Below, piece by piece: positions 38,607 to 51,481 of a stretch of 63,583 nt of DNA. The notes beneath the pieces are model-generated. The model saw only the letters and a program-made list of their open reading frames with translations. It was not told the DNA's origin and ran no database searches. The position numbers were made by a program, and so were the translations under genes. The DNA lies in IMG/VR virus record IMGVR_UViG_3300036760_000302, positions 1 to 63,583 of that record; one strand, given 5' to 3'. Each line of letters opens with the position of its first letter. Position 1 is the first letter of the stretch. The stretch comes from a virus (lineage: Duplodnaviria > Caudoviricetes).

Positions 38607-38810
38607 TCCTTTGCTCCATTTTTAATCAAATCCTTTTTTTTAATCCGTATCTCAATAAAAGAGTAGGCAAGTAGCGACACCAATTCCTTCACACCGATGG
38701 CTGTCGGAAGGTGGAACGATGCCACTACCGCCTACAAGACGTTAGGAGTATCCTAAATAAATTTTGTTGTTGTTTGCCATCGGTATTCAGTGAATCAGAA
38801 TGCAATTATA

Positions 38811-40310
38811 TCAATAATTATTTCGCTTATATGCTTTGTTGAAAACTTTAAGAGCCTCCAGAGCCCTTTCGGTTTTTATTTTAGAAGAAATGTTCATAAC
38901 CTCCCTAAAAATAGCCTTGTTTTTTTTGATAAAATCCTTGTCTGCGTCATTTATTTTTCGTAAAGATTTACCATCGTTCACAAACATTGATATGTTACCA
39001 CAGTAGGCGCAAACATTGAGGTCATTGTTGCTGGGCTTTTCAATGTTTCGGGTCTCTGATTCAATGTTCCTGCCTTGCTCTTTTCCGCAGTCAGGACATA
39101 TTGGTGTATTGTCGGTCATGTTTTTTTGTATTGGTTATTCCGCTAACTCGTGTAGCTCCATAAAGATGTCATCCTTACACGGATAAAATTCGCCTTTTAT
39201 TCCTTTAACCACCCAGTCGCCAACGACCGCAGTCGCAAATGAATCTTTAGTGTCAATAGTCTTGATTTGAACATAGTCTCCGGTCGGATTATCTTCTGAC
39301 GGTTCTAATACCGGACTATCAATGACAGCTCCACTTGACCACTGGAATAACTCGCGTCCGTTATTTACGGTGTATCGAATTGCTTCAATAATAGCTGGCT
39401 TCTTTCTGAATTTTTGTACCATGATATTTATTTTGATTTCTTATTGAAATTTTGATACTCCTCTTCGGTTATTTCTGTTGCGAATGTGATGTGGTGTTGA
39501 TTGTGTGTCGTCTCTAATGTCGCTCCCTCTTCTTCTAAGTCTTTAATGAACTCTGCCGGAGGTTGAGTGGTTACGCAAGTGTGGTGGCTTGCGCTGGAAG
39601 AATTTCCGTAATGGTATCCGTAGCTTATGAGATAGTATTTATTCATATCGTTTTTTTTAAAGTACAACTTCAAATTCGTCAATGATGAGCCAGATACATC
39701 CGGCTCTGTTTTCAACTCTAATTTTTGTCTTTTTCTTTTTTTCTTTTAGAGCCCTCATCATTCCCTCCAGCTTCTTAGCGTCCTTTCGCATGAGAGCTAC
39801 ATAAGTCACGTTCTCTATTTCAGCTCTTAGGATTGGCGATATACCCTCCATTATTTTTCTGACGAACTTCGATTTGATTTCAATATCTCTTTTGGAGTTC
39901 ATCTTGATGTCCGGCAGTCCTATAATTCCATTTTCATCCACCGTGCATTCCTGAGCGAGAATTTGTCCGTCCTTGCAGGCGAGAATAAATGGCTTTACAT
40001 CTCCCTTTCCATCTATAATAGACCTTGTAAGGTTAGAGAGCATTTCAATGGCGAGCTCTTTACTTACAATAGGGGATAAGCTGGGATTGACAATAGCTTC
40101 GGTGGAATTTCCCATCACGCCTTTGATTTCTTTTATGTAAGTCCTTGATTTATCGGAAGAGCCTACTTGTTCTCCGTTTATTTCATCGAATGGAATGGCT
40201 AACCCCTCGACATATATTTTACCGCCTTCGACTTTCTCGATAATTCCATTCTCCTCGTTGAATACAACTCCGGCATCTGTTACTATTGTTACTTTTTGTC
40301 CAGCTTTCAT
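38811..40310 (-). CDS. Four hypothetical proteins (38811..39119 Zn finger, 39135..39422, 39428..39715, 39657..40310)
   Basis: Contiguous ORFs; 39135 has the common phage motif GDWVVKGIKGEFYPCK. Confidence 0.6.
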
Positions 40311-40319
40311 TTGTTTTGT

Positions 40320-41510
40320 TTAATAATGTACGATTTGTAGTAATGGAATATCTGTAAAGCTCTTGCAGGTTTTATTGATTGGGCAGTCAGCGCATTCTTT
40401 TACATCTGGAATCGCTTTAAATCCCTCTTCGATGAACTTGTCAAGCATCTTGCTGGAGTTCCTCATTACGTTTTCGAGCTGAGGGAATCTATCTTCGTCA
40501 ATGACCACCTTAATGAATAAGCAGTCGTATTCGTTTGTGTTGGAGAAAACTGTAAAGTAGAATGGAATGTCTTTTCCGTAGAGCTTGCGCCAGAGCCACT
40601 TGTAGAACACTGGCTGAATCATTATCTTATCTTTCTCTGAAAGCGCATTTACGTCCCAGCCCATATCGTCAAAACGATTCCCTATAAGTCCGGTACTCTT
40701 GATGTCAATGATTGCTTCTTCTCCGTCCACTTGAGCCAGAATGTCGGCTACTCCTTTTTTATCTTGATACTTCAATTCGAGTCCGGTCTTGAGTATTTTT
40801 ATTCCGTGAGCTTTTACGGTTCGCTTAAAGCGCTCGGCTTGAATGACCATTCGGGCGTATGGAGCAGTGAGCTCGCCAAGAATAATTTTTTCTTCAATCT
40901 TATCTTTTGCCCGCTTGCCGTTTTTCAGTTTCTTCCCTTTTTTTATGATGACCTTCTCTATTTTACCCTTTTTGCGTTCCGGCTCAGGAATTTTTCCGTC
41001 TCTTGGAAGAGCTCCGGTGCATAGATACTCGAAGTAGTTTCCTAACTTCTGGACACCGCCCGAAGGGAATGGAATCTTTTTAATATACTGCGCTTCAAAT
41101 TGTAAGCCACACAACCTACCCTCAGCATACTCGTAAATCGCTTTTAAGAGGGACTGGCTAATATTGAGCTTAATGACTTGCTTGGAATCATCCTTGATTT
41201 TGTCGTCCGGCTTCTCTTTCGCCTTCTCCATTAATGTTAATTCAGATTTATCCGCCCATATATACTTTGAGTTCTCCTTTAATTGCTTTGAAATGAGCTC
41301 TGGGTCTTTTTCGTTCGGCAGTAAGTAGGCTTCTTTTGTAAAGCCATGATGATGTTGTATGACATATCTGCCATGAACTATCGCCCAGATATAAGTTCCT
41401 TGTACCGGAACAAATACTCTGCCTCCGTTGATATTCACTTTCGGATTCGGGGAAAAAGAAACTTTGTCGCCTCGCTTTAAAATTATTTTATTTGATTCCG
41501 ACTCACTCAT
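40320..41510 (-). CDS. PD-(D/E)XK exonuclease (RecE/Cas4-like)
   Basis: ISQS..G..FE..KGVADIL..IIDIKST..Q..FY..CADCP..C. Confidence 0.75.
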   Translation of the reverse strand: MSESESNKIILKRGDKVSFSPNPKVNINGGRVFVPVQGTYIWAIVHGRYVIQHHHGFTKEAYLLPNEKDPELISKQLKENSKYIWADKSELTLMEKAKEKPDDKIKDDSKQVIKLNISQSLLKAIYEYAEGRLCGLQFEAQYIKKIPFPSGGVQKLGNYFEYLCTGALPRDGKIPEPERKKGKIEKVIIKKGKKLKNGKRAKDKIEEKIILGELTAPYARMVIQAERFKRTVKAHGIKILKTGLELKYQDKKGVADILAQVDGEEAIIDIKSTGLIGNRFDDMGWDVNALSEKDKIMIQPVFYKWLWRKLYGKDIPFYFTVFSNTNEYDCLFIKVVIDEDRFPQLENVMRNSSKMLDKFIEEGFKAIPDVKECADCPINKTCKSFTDIPLLQIVHY

Positions 41511-41511
41511 T

Positions 41512-44500
41512 CTACTTATTATTTATTTCTGATAGAAGATTTGTAATAATACTTTGAGCTCCTTTGAGAAACGCGGTTTGCGATACTTCTTTTTTGCAAT
41601 AGTGGGATATAATATCCTCTGTGTCAGTTTTGCGAATAGATATTCCTTTCTTACCCATGTCATCAAACATGATGATACGCCCGTTCGCATGGATGAAGTC
41701 TCTGCCTTTTATGAAACTGGAAACTTCTATGCAGTAAACGTATGTAGTCCACTTAATATCATCTACGCCATTTGGGATTGCGAAGTATTTTTTCTCGTAC
41801 TTCTCTTTTAACTCCGCGAGGATTAACGGCTCTTCCAATTTCTCAGCCTTGTCTCTTGCTTTAACGAAAATAGCCCGATGCTTACTGGCTATCTTTTTAA
41901 GAGACTCGATTTTACGCTTTATTTTCTTTTCCTTGCTCATGTTCACCCTTAATAAGATTTTGATTTATGAAGTCATTGTATTTTTCTTTTTCGACATATC
42001 CGGTAAGACTTCCGTTATTATCTCTTATAGCTATAAATCCCTGACTTTCCTTTACTCTGATAGCTATATTTATTCTCCTAATAACTTCAATTCTCTCCTC
42101 TTCTTCTTTTATTCTTTCCTTCTCCTTCATCCTGTCATCATTAAATGAAATAATCATAACCGATAGCATCATGCCAAAGAAAGTGCCAAAATAAATATTA
42201 AGTGAAAGTTCCGTGTTAGACCAACTGTCGCCAGTCTTTTTGTCTCCAACAAAAAATATTGATATAACGCCAATTATCAGTAGGATTATTCCAATTATAT
42301 TGAATGAGTCAGTCGTTTTCTCGTATTTGAATATATATTTCTGACTTATCATTCCGAAAAATCCTAATAGCCCTCCAAGAAAACCTATACTTCCAATATG
42401 AATACCCAGAAATGGAAACGTAGAGAAGATGAATACGGATATTAATATGGTCTCAGCAGGATTGTGGCTTGTCCAGACTAAAGCATTTATCGGAGACATT
42501 AATATTTTTTCTGTGGTCTTACTCATTGGTTATTCTCTATTTCGATTTGCCACGCTAAAAGATTGCAAGTAACTATCTGCTTTATCCGTTAGTGAAAATC
42601 TCCAGTCAGCATTTCCGCCAAGCAGAGCGAAATTATTTAGGTATCCGCCTCTTACTAATTCCCAAATTAATTCCATATCGGTATCATCATTGTTTTTCCG
42701 GCTACTGATTTCTCCATTATTTAATCCCTCTAAGATTAAATGCTGTCTGTGAGTTGGTTCTGTCATATTGTTTAATTTACGGTATCATCAAATGGGTTTC
42801 CGGTTACATCTCCGGATTTGAGTTCAATGTACTCCAGCTCTCCCATCGTTCCATCTGGTTTCTTTTTTCTTCCGTAGGCTTGGATAGGAGTTTTTTCGTA
42901 CTCGCCCGCTTTACCAATATGCTTGACCATGAATATCATGGGTTGTTCAAATCCTGCTTTCTTTACAGATGCTCTAACCTCTTCTTCGTTGTCCCAAACC
43001 GGATACCCCATATCTACTTTTTTAAAATAATACGCCTCCATTTTGGAATCATAAAATAATTTTTCTCCCAAATGATTTTCGAGGTGATATATTGGTTTAT
43101 TTTTTGGTAATGACGAGATTCCTTTTTCGCCAGAAGCAATAGCCTCATCCATAAGCTCCTGATTGGTTCGGACATAAGCCTTACAACCTCCGCGCTCAAC
43201 CTTTTTCTCGCGAATAAATTTTAATGCGTCCTGCTCGGTCTCAAACTGAGTGATGTCAGACGTGATTCCGCCAACAGCTATTTCGATTCCGGTTGGTCTG
43301 TCAATAAGCCAGCCTCTCGTTCCGTCACTGCTTCTGATTAGTTTTATGCAATAGAATGCTCCCATTGTTTTATAAGATTTGGATTTTCGATTAGTTCTGA
43401 TTTCATGGTCATGTAGCGATGTTTTTTACCGCACCGCATACATTCTTTTTCGTAAAAAGTAGTAGTAATTTCACTCACCCATTTTCTATTGAATGGGATT
43501 AAGAGTGGAAGATAATTATTTTGCTCAGATAATTTCTCTGTCGAAAAGAGATGCGGTCTGAATATGCAACGAAAAAATTTTACCATTGATATGTATTGTT
43601 ATTTTTTTAAATCTACTGCTCTAAATTCCTTCTCTCCGAAAGAAGAACGAACGCTGTCATCTTTTTCATTTTCCCTGATTATTCTATCTAAAGCATTGTC
43701 TCTTGCATTTCTCTTTACATACGCTTTGCGTTTTGTCCATTCCGACCAATGCGGAACTTTCTTCCCCTTATCTGCATACAAGTCCCATCCGAAAGTACGG
43801 GGATATACATACCTGCGCTCTTCAATGATGAAAAGTTTCTTCTGTTTAATAGGCGGTTTACCTACAACTCCGGTCTCCATAGAGAGGTCGTTGGCGATTT
43901 TGCGAACACGTTTATTAGCCCAGTGCTTTTCGTACTTATTGCTGGCATCTCTGCCCATCTTTTTTAAACTTGTTCCGAGAGAGCGCTTCATGGTGCTGGA
44001 TTGATATTTTTATTTTTGAGCCACTCCTCTAATTCTTCAAGAGGAAATGACATTGAAGTTGTCTGCTTTGTATTTATGTTGAATTTCCTGACGTGAATTT
44101 CTGAGCCACTAAATGTTTTGTGCAAATAATCAAATATGGTAATCCGGTAAGTGTCATTTTCGTATTCAGTCCAGTTGGTGTCTTTTCTGGTCTCAGCGAA
44201 TCCGTATTTGGTTAAGTCAATCATTTACTTCAATTAAGGTTTATCCTACTACGCCCATTACTCCTTTTATGCCGATGGAATGCGGATTGATTTTATCCAC
44301 CTTCCCTATTATCAATCCATTTTCCATAGCAATATCTCCTCCAATTAAATATGAACAGTTTTCTCGCATTTCAAATACCGGATTCTTGATTTTTAAATCC
44401 TTAATTGTGTCATCTTTCTTTGGTGGATTTTCTTGCAAGTGCTCCCTGATGAACATAATTGTATCACTGAACTTTGAAAGATGCTCCGGCAATGGCTTGT

Positions 44501-44851
44501 CTTTGTCCGTACCATCCATCCTGTCGAGTTCATTCCACAGGTCAATCATTTTCATGACTATGGGTAATTCGTTTCCAGAATACCCCATGCTTCCTCTTAG
44601 TCCTGCCCAGCTCATAGATTTTGTGTTTTTTATTGTTCGGTTAGTATTCTTGATTCACTTGCAGATTTTGTCGCAGTTTTAGTCTCTATATATTCGACTA
44701 TAATCGCTGGCATATTTTTCCATGAGCCGGAAGCGATAGACTGCTCACAGTATAATATCTGTGATGCGTAAGATATTTTATCCCAAACTTCCATTGGCTT
44801 GAAATGATTCCTGTGTAGGCTTAGTGCATCGTATAGTAGTTTCGCTTCCAT
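41512..44851 (-). CDS. Nine hypothetical proteins, including membrane protein 41912..42526
   Basis: Contiguous co-oriented ORFs from the ORF track. Confidence 0.55.
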
Positions 44852-44858
44852 GTTACGC

Positions 44859-45461
44859 TTATTTCATTTTTTTAATTGTGAGTACGGGGTGAATCTCTCC
44901 TCCGAATGGTGGTGCGCCTTTGACATTGTGAAGTTTATCGAAAAAGAACGAGCCAGTTATTTTGTATTCTCCTTTCAGCACTTTTTTCTTCGGCAGTTTA
45001 TATGCTTCAAAATCTTCTCTACATTTTTGAAACTTAGGGGCGTACTTAGTTCCTTTTACTGCCGGACAGTTCGGGTCTGGGATTTCTGCGACAAATGTCT
45101 TGGTGGTGTCTTTCAGGTCGAACAATACGAGATGAATGTCTCCGTCCTCTTCATTACTATACTCCCTGATACCGCAATTAAGTTGGAACGTATAGAACTC
45201 TGCTCCGAATCTCGGCACAGTAGCTCCTATCTTTCTGTCCGGCTTTAATGAGCGTAATGAATCAATACTGGTTTTAATAGATTTGAAGTTGACTTTTTTC
45301 GCATCAACATCTGTGAGGGTTTTCACGCCCCAGCGATTCACTCCGCATTTTTCCGGCTCTTGCTGAAACGGGAAAATCATCGAAGCGAAGATTACGGCAA
45401 TAATAAAAAATTGCACACATAATATGTATGGATGCAATAATACGAGTAGATACTTTTTCAT
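44859..45461 (-). CDS. Membrane-anchored OB-fold-like protein
   Basis: N-terminal TM; DGDIHLVL, EIP, GSFFFD..H, EIHPV. Confidence 0.55.
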   Translation of the reverse strand: MKKYLLVLLHPYILCVQFFIIAVIFASMIFPFQQEPEKCGVNRWGVKTLTDVDAKKVNFKSIKTSIDSLRSLKPDRKIGATVPRFGAEFYTFQLNCGIREYSNEEDGDIHLVLFDLKDTTKTFVAEIPDPNCPAVKGTKYAPKFQKCREDFEAYKLPKKKVLKGEYKITGSFFFDKLHNVKGAPPFGGEIHPVLTIKKMK

Positions 45462-45967
45462 TGTTGTTGTGTTTGTTTAATATAAAATTCACTATTAGGA
45501 TTTTGCGAATGATATTTCCTGACTTCTTCGATTATAAATTGTAGTTGATTGGGGATGCTTCTTTTGTTTTCCCTTGCAAGATTAGCGACATATTCATATT
45601 CTTCAAGCGTTGGATTTTTTATTCTCAAATCTCGAACAATACTATTCTTAACTATCTTAAATTTCATTTTTACTCTTGAAGAAACATTAGTATGCGTAAA
45701 GTTGAGTAAATTAAATCCCCATGCCATGAACTGATGAATCCAGTATCTTTCCCAGTAATTAACCTCGCTTCTATTGACTGAATCAATTATTTCTATGATT
45801 GGTTTTTTCTTTCGATTAAATAGCTTCTTTGCCCATCTCGATACTCTTGCATTTGCATCCGTATTGTGACTATTGAGTCTTTGGTGTAATGGCTTTATGG
45901 TCTTGCCTACATACTTTATTTTCTTCGTATATGGACAGGCGAGCGAGTATATAAATGCTTTTGCCAT
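45458..45967 (-). CDS. GIY-YIG endonuclease
   Basis: FIYSL..KYVGKT..RLNSH..ERYWI..LLN. Confidence 0.8.
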   Translation of the reverse strand: MAKAFIYSLACPYTKKIKYVGKTIKPLHQRLNSHNTDANARVSRWAKKLFNRKKKPIIEIIDSVNRSEVNYWERYWIHQFMAWGFNLLNFTHTNVSSRVKMKFKIVKNSIVRDLRIKNPTLEEYEYVANLARENKRSIPNQLQFIIEEVRKYHSQNPNSEFYIKQTQQQ

Positions 45968-46853
45968 TATTTAGCTTTGTATTTCTTTATTACGTCCTCC
46001 GCGCCTTCTCTGAGCAGAAAAGCCACGCTTCTTTTGTGCTCGGCTTTAATTGCAAGAAGGTGCATATACTGTTCTTCTTGAAGAGCAGTCCGGCAGATGA
46101 TTCTACCTTGCTTATCGGTCTTTCTCTTTTTCTTGGTGTCCTTCATATTGGAAATGTAAAAATCCCACTAATGAGTACAAATGTAGTCATTGGGTTTGAG
46201 ATAATAATGAGTGTTAATAACTTTAGGGGTTGACTATTTTTAGATACTCCTTCATAGCCTCAAACTTCTCCTCAATAGTCCGGTAATTATTGGAGTTGAT
46301 GATGGACTTGATTTTCTTCTTAGACCCCCTGCCGATGATGTCGTCCGGTTTATGAACCTCCTTGTACTGGTCGTACCGCCTTTCGAGGTCTGCATGGTCT
46401 GTAACGAGCCTGTCGTATTCTCGCTTTAAGCCGTCATACATGATTTTATAGTTGAGCAGGACGGCATGAGAGAATCCTTTAGGGGTCAGGATGTATCTTT
46501 CGCCCTTTTCCGAGACCCAGACCATATTTTCGGGGTCGTCAGGGTTATCCTTCCTAAGTCCGTTAAAACGGGCTATAATGAGGTAGGGGAGCATTACATC
46601 TGGGTTCTGCGTATCCATGTTGTGTGTGTTTTGATTTAGCCTATAATCCTTACTTTCTTGCACAGGTAAACCATTGGGGTTGTATGGGAGATGTAGTTTG
46701 TGTCCTCCTCTTTTGCCAGCACCCATCTTTCCGCCTCCGGCTTGTCATAGGTCTCTCTAATCATCTTGTCTCCTTCCTGATAAGTGACTAATTGTGTCTC
46801 CAGCACTTTGTATGTTGGAACTAATCGGTAGTAAAGTTTTTTCAGCATATTGA

Positions 46854-47558
46854 TTATTGATTTGGCGACTCCTTGTATTCCATATCGCTGGGACTGTCGG
46901 CATCCTTTATTTTTATTTCTTTAATTTTAGTGTAGTCTAATGAGTTTAGTAGCTTCATAAAGTACCTCACCTTATCTTCCTCTATCGGAGTAAGCTGTCT
47001 GCCTCTAAAGCCTTCCGAATTTGGAGAGCCAGATGGTTGACCTGATGACGGTGATGATGATGGTTGTTGTTCTGATTTTTGTACAGCAAATGATTGACTG
47101 CCTTCAAATGGGTGACTACTCCTGTTGATATTACTGTAACCACCCTTATTTGATGTGAACTCGGAATAATGTTTATTAAAGAAAGAGGTTAACAATAACT
47201 TCCTCTCACGATTATAGGCTCGCCAAAAGAATTTATACTTCTGCCGTACTTCTATATATTCCATGTCGGTCAATATCACTTCAAGTATTAACTTGGATGA
47301 GATTTGCTTGACCATTATTTGAGCATTTGGATTTACAGCTTTAATAATTCTTTCCAACATTACGCTTCCTTCATTCAAAGTGGTGCGCTCAAATGTGCGA
47401 AGCCCGTCCGAGATTTGATGCTCCTCTAAGTTGTATTCCTTTAGGAGTGCAACTAATTTTTCTTTAGCGTTATCTTTTTCTCCTTCAACCCCTCGCTCGG
47501 CAAGAGCTTTTAATTTCTTTGCCAGTTTAATGGCTTTTTCTCTGCTCATTTCGCTCAT
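46854..47558 (-). CDS. DUF2786-like protein
   Basis: KKLKALAERGVEGEKDNA..L..LLKEYNL. Confidence 0.6.
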   Translation of the reverse strand: MSEMSREKAIKLAKKLKALAERGVEGEKDNAKEKLVALLKEYNLEEHQISDGLRTFERTTLNEGSVMLERIIKAVNPNAQIMVKQISSKLILEVILTDMEYIEVRQKYKFFWRAYNRERKLLLTSFFNKHYSEFTSNKGGYSNINRSSHPFEGSQSFAVQKSEQQPSSSPSSGQPSGSPNSEGFRGRQLTPIEEDKVRYFMKLLNSLDYTKIKEIKIKDADSPSDMEYKESPNQ

Positions 47559-47573
47559 GTCGCTATCGGATAA

Positions 47574-50500
47574 TTACTGTTGGTGTGATTGTTCTTCTTT
47601 ATGGAGCGGTGGATACGATTCCTCATAACATGAGATGCAATATTTTGAAAAGCCATTTGTATCATGCGGACATCCCTTTTTCGCGCAGACTATATGTCCG
47701 TCAACATTAACATCATCTGTCTTACATCTTTTTTCATAGCACTCTTGGCAAATCATCATTCCTCCGCTCAGGTCAGTATAATCCGTATGGTCTTTATTCC
47801 ATCTCCTGCTCGCCCATTGGTCATCTTGAATCGGATACTCTTTCAGAATATCATCTTCGTTGTTTAAGTCAACCAGAAGGTGATTGTCCGCGTCTGGGTC
47901 GTGCGCGAAATCTTTCTTACATATAGGGCAGTCGCTATTCCTAATCCACTTCACAAAATCTACCGCATCATTTTTATCTTTCATATTATTTTTTGGTTTT
48001 AAATCGTACAACAAAAGAATTGAATCCGCTTGCTATGTATGTCCTTTCTGAGAGCGACAAGCATCTAATCTCAAATATGTCGTCCTTCATCATTCTTATG
48101 TAGCTCTTGCTAACTGGCACAGTTCCGCTCCCATCTCTGCTAATTTGGCTGACGAACTCCAATTTTCTTCCTTTGACTTGCATGATTGTTATTTATTTAA
48201 TCGTTGTTGAATTTCTGTCCGGAGCATCACCATCCCGTTCTGTAAGATATTCCTCCAGTTTACTTTATCCTGAGTAACGACAGAGCCGTCTCCAATCTGG
48301 CAGTAGGCGTTTGCTAATTTCAGTATTTCTTCATCGGTTGGAAGAATAAGTTGCTTGGCTTCCAGTTCCTTGAGTTTGTTCTGATATATCTCCTCGCACT
48401 CTCTGGCTTCATTTCTTTCTGAATAGGCGCTGTCTCGCTCGTCAGCGTAGGTCTCAGCTTCTTTTTGGGAATCCTTTAAACTAACCGAAAGCCTTTTTAT
48501 TTCCCACTCCAGTTCTTTTGTACGTTCACTTTGTATTTGAGCATTAAACGCTTCCTCTGCTTCAAAATTTATCTTGCCGTATGTGTCCGTATCAGCCTGA
48601 CTTGTGGCTATGTCGTAATTTTTGTATCCGTATTTTTTAGATGCTTCTTGTTGAAAGTGTTCGATTGACTTATATCCTTTACTCTCGTATTCCTCTCGGA
48701 TAAGTTTTTCATGGTAGCTATTGGAAGTAGCGAGCCAATTTTTGCCCGCTTGCGGATTTGGAGAAACATTATCAACCAGTATGCAGTTCTCCCACCACTC
48801 AAGGTCTCTTTTTTCTAATGCTTTAGCGGTCATCTGTTCGGCAAGGGCAAAGCAATCTCTGACTTTGTATTCTGAATCAGAGAATATAATATGAGAGAAG
48901 TGAGTTGTCGTGATTTCTCCGGCTGGAATTATAGAGCTGAGATATTGCGATAGGGTCATTTCGTCCAGCCAGTATTCTACATGGTCAAACTCGGAGTCAT
49001 CGTCATGAAACTTCTTTCTGCTAATGTCAAATCTTAATTGTTCGATTGACTGATTACCACTGTTGGAAAACTTAATGGTGTACCATCCATTAGCTGTCGG
49101 TAGTTCACCTTTAGCGACATATTTTTTTACAAAAATTGTATCCATTACTTGCGTTTTTTTAATCGGGTCATGTTGAATGAAAATGGTTTCACGGGTATAT
49201 TTTGGTCAAAGAATCTGATAAATTCCCTTGCTTTCTCCGGCATTCTATACACTTTGTTGGGTGTCACGCATCCCACATGGATTACGCTTCTGCTGACCAG
49301 AATATCATCTCTCTTTTTAATCCTTTTCACCGCACAGGCGATAGGACAGCGTTCGGCTATATCCAGCTTGCTTCTTCTTAAAAGGAGTTTTGCTTTTTTG
49401 ATGTCTGATTTTGTTACTGTTATTTTCATGGTTGTTTATTTTTTTTATTTGATTAGTTTAAGTAGGTCGTCAACAATGCAGTCTATCAATGCTGACTCTG
49501 CTTCTTCGTATGTTTTGTATTTGACATCGTGCTCGTACCCTGCGCCATTTCGAGATAAGATAGTAAAGCTGAACCATTCTTGCTCAAAATTACCATCTCT
49601 ACTGTATGACCAGTCAATACTGTATCTGTACCCTTTAATGTCCCTCAGCCATTTCAGGACAAAAGAGATGGTAGGAGTCGGGTTCTTGGAAGTTGTGTTA
49701 ATTGGAAACCCCAGCTTCTTTATCTTCTCGTGTTGCTCCGGTGTTGTTCGGGGTAACTCGATTGTGGGTGGAGTATTTTTAGATGTCAGCTTGTCAAACC
49801 ACTTTTGAGTTATTTCCAGCTCTTCTCTTTCCCATAAAGAATATAAGTCGTCCAGTAAATCTTTTATCTTGGTACTTCCGCTCTTTAGAAAGTTTCTCAC
49901 AACTTCTCCTTTGTCAACTCCTCCATAATGAGGGTGGAGCTTTAATAGGCTGAGTAATTCTGATTCTGGTGTCATTTTTTTTATTGCTTTGGTTTTTTGA
50001 AATCCTTAATCACATTCATTTGTTTGTCGTAGTATGTAGTCTCCCATGTAGGATGACAATTTTGAGCATGGGTTGTTCCCTCCATTATAACATTGAAATT
50101 AAGCGATGAGTTACCGCCAACTACAATACCCTTTTTTCCGGCAACGTCTATTGTCATGCCCATGCGAACAAATTCCATCCCGCGCCTTTCGCAGATGTCA
50201 TTAAATCGTTCGACATCTTCAAAAAAGTCTGATGGTTTCATTGCACCGAGAGACTTTACGTGGATGGCTTTGAACCAATCTTTATACGGTTCGTCTGAGT
50301 CCATGTTTCTGTAAAATTGGTATCGAGCCTTTGATGGCGATAACGCTACAACGGTTTCGGTCAGATGTTCGCCACTGTTGAAATAATTTTTAACAGTGCA
50401 TTCGTAAGTTTTTAGTGCCTTCATTTTTTATTTTTGATTAAATAGTCCAGCATAAGGTCGAGACCAGCACTTTCAGCTTCTTCAAATGATTTGAATTGCA

Positions 50501-50816
50501 GTCTCCCGTCCTCCGGTATTCCTATAACAGAACTTTCTTTGATGTGTCCGATAGCGAAAGTCCAGAACGGATTGTATGAGTTCCAGCCACCGCCAACGAT
50601 GATGTGAAGATTCTTTTCTTCTCTAAGCCATTTCAAAGCAACTACTGTCTCCGGTGCTGAGTATTGATTCTTTTCATTACTTTGATTGTAATTATCCTCA
50701 TCGTGTAGTCCATTGTGTCCGGAAACTTCTCCGTACATTTTTCTGCAACCCCAGTTAAATCCGAGTTGTTTTAATTTCATAGATTGAGGTTCTGTCGTAT
50801 AGGATAGTCTGCTCAT
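47574..50816 (-). CDS. Hypothetical proteins, including related pair 49445..49975 and 50421..50816
   Basis: The pair shares KxLGF, LKWLR and (T/S)(Y/F)EEAESA. Confidence 0.55.
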
Positions 50817-50817
50817 G

Positions 50818-51381
50818 TTATTCGCAATGTTTTTTATAATTTTCTAAATACGCTTCGATATTTTTACTGCCTACCGGATTTGCGGAATGAATTTTATAAT
50901 CAGGGAGTAGTCGCTTATTAATCCGGCAGAACTCGCATAAATATTTGGCTGAATCGTATCCTGTCTTTTCGGTAAAGTTAGCGTTGAGCGGGTCTGGTGG
51001 ATTCCTGTGTCCTCCGTTTTCAAAGTAGTATTTTATGTGAACATCGGCAAGGTCATGGTCGAAGCTGAGTTTTTTCGGAAACTTACCTTTCCTGAAATTA
51101 TCCTCAATACATTTTACGAATTGTTCATGACTTCGCACTACCACCCATTTTTTACTGAGATACTCCTTGTCCTCGTAGTAGTTAAATACATCTTTCGGGA
51201 TACGCTTATCATCTAAGAATAATAAATAATTATCCTCGTGGAATAATTTCCAATACGGAATCGTTCTCATGAACACCCAAACACCTTCTAATATGTCATT
51301 GAATTTTTTTTTCATACAATACCGTATTGTTTTCTGTTCTTTTTCTGCTCTGCTTTGAGTGCGGAGTAGCATCTTTGGCAT
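50818..51381 (-). CDS. Cyclic-phosphate-processing receiver-like domain protein
   Basis: LFLDDKRIP..SFDHDL..TGYD..IHSANPVG. Confidence 0.7.
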   Translation of the reverse strand: MPKMLLRTQSRAEKEQKTIRYCMKKKFNDILEGVWVFMRTIPYWKLFHEDNYLLFLDDKRIPKDVFNYYEDKEYLSKKWVVVRSHEQFVKCIEDNFRKGKFPKKLSFDHDLADVHIKYYFENGGHRNPPDPLNANFTEKTGYDSAKYLCEFCRINKRLLPDYKIHSANPVGSKNIEAYLENYKKHCE

Positions 51382-51481
51382 TTGCCTTTTATGCTATGTG
51401 TCGTTTTAGTCCCGCATTTGCAGACGATTTCTTTCTTTGTCTTAGTTCTGTTTAGTGGGTCAAGTTCCATGATTCAGTGTT

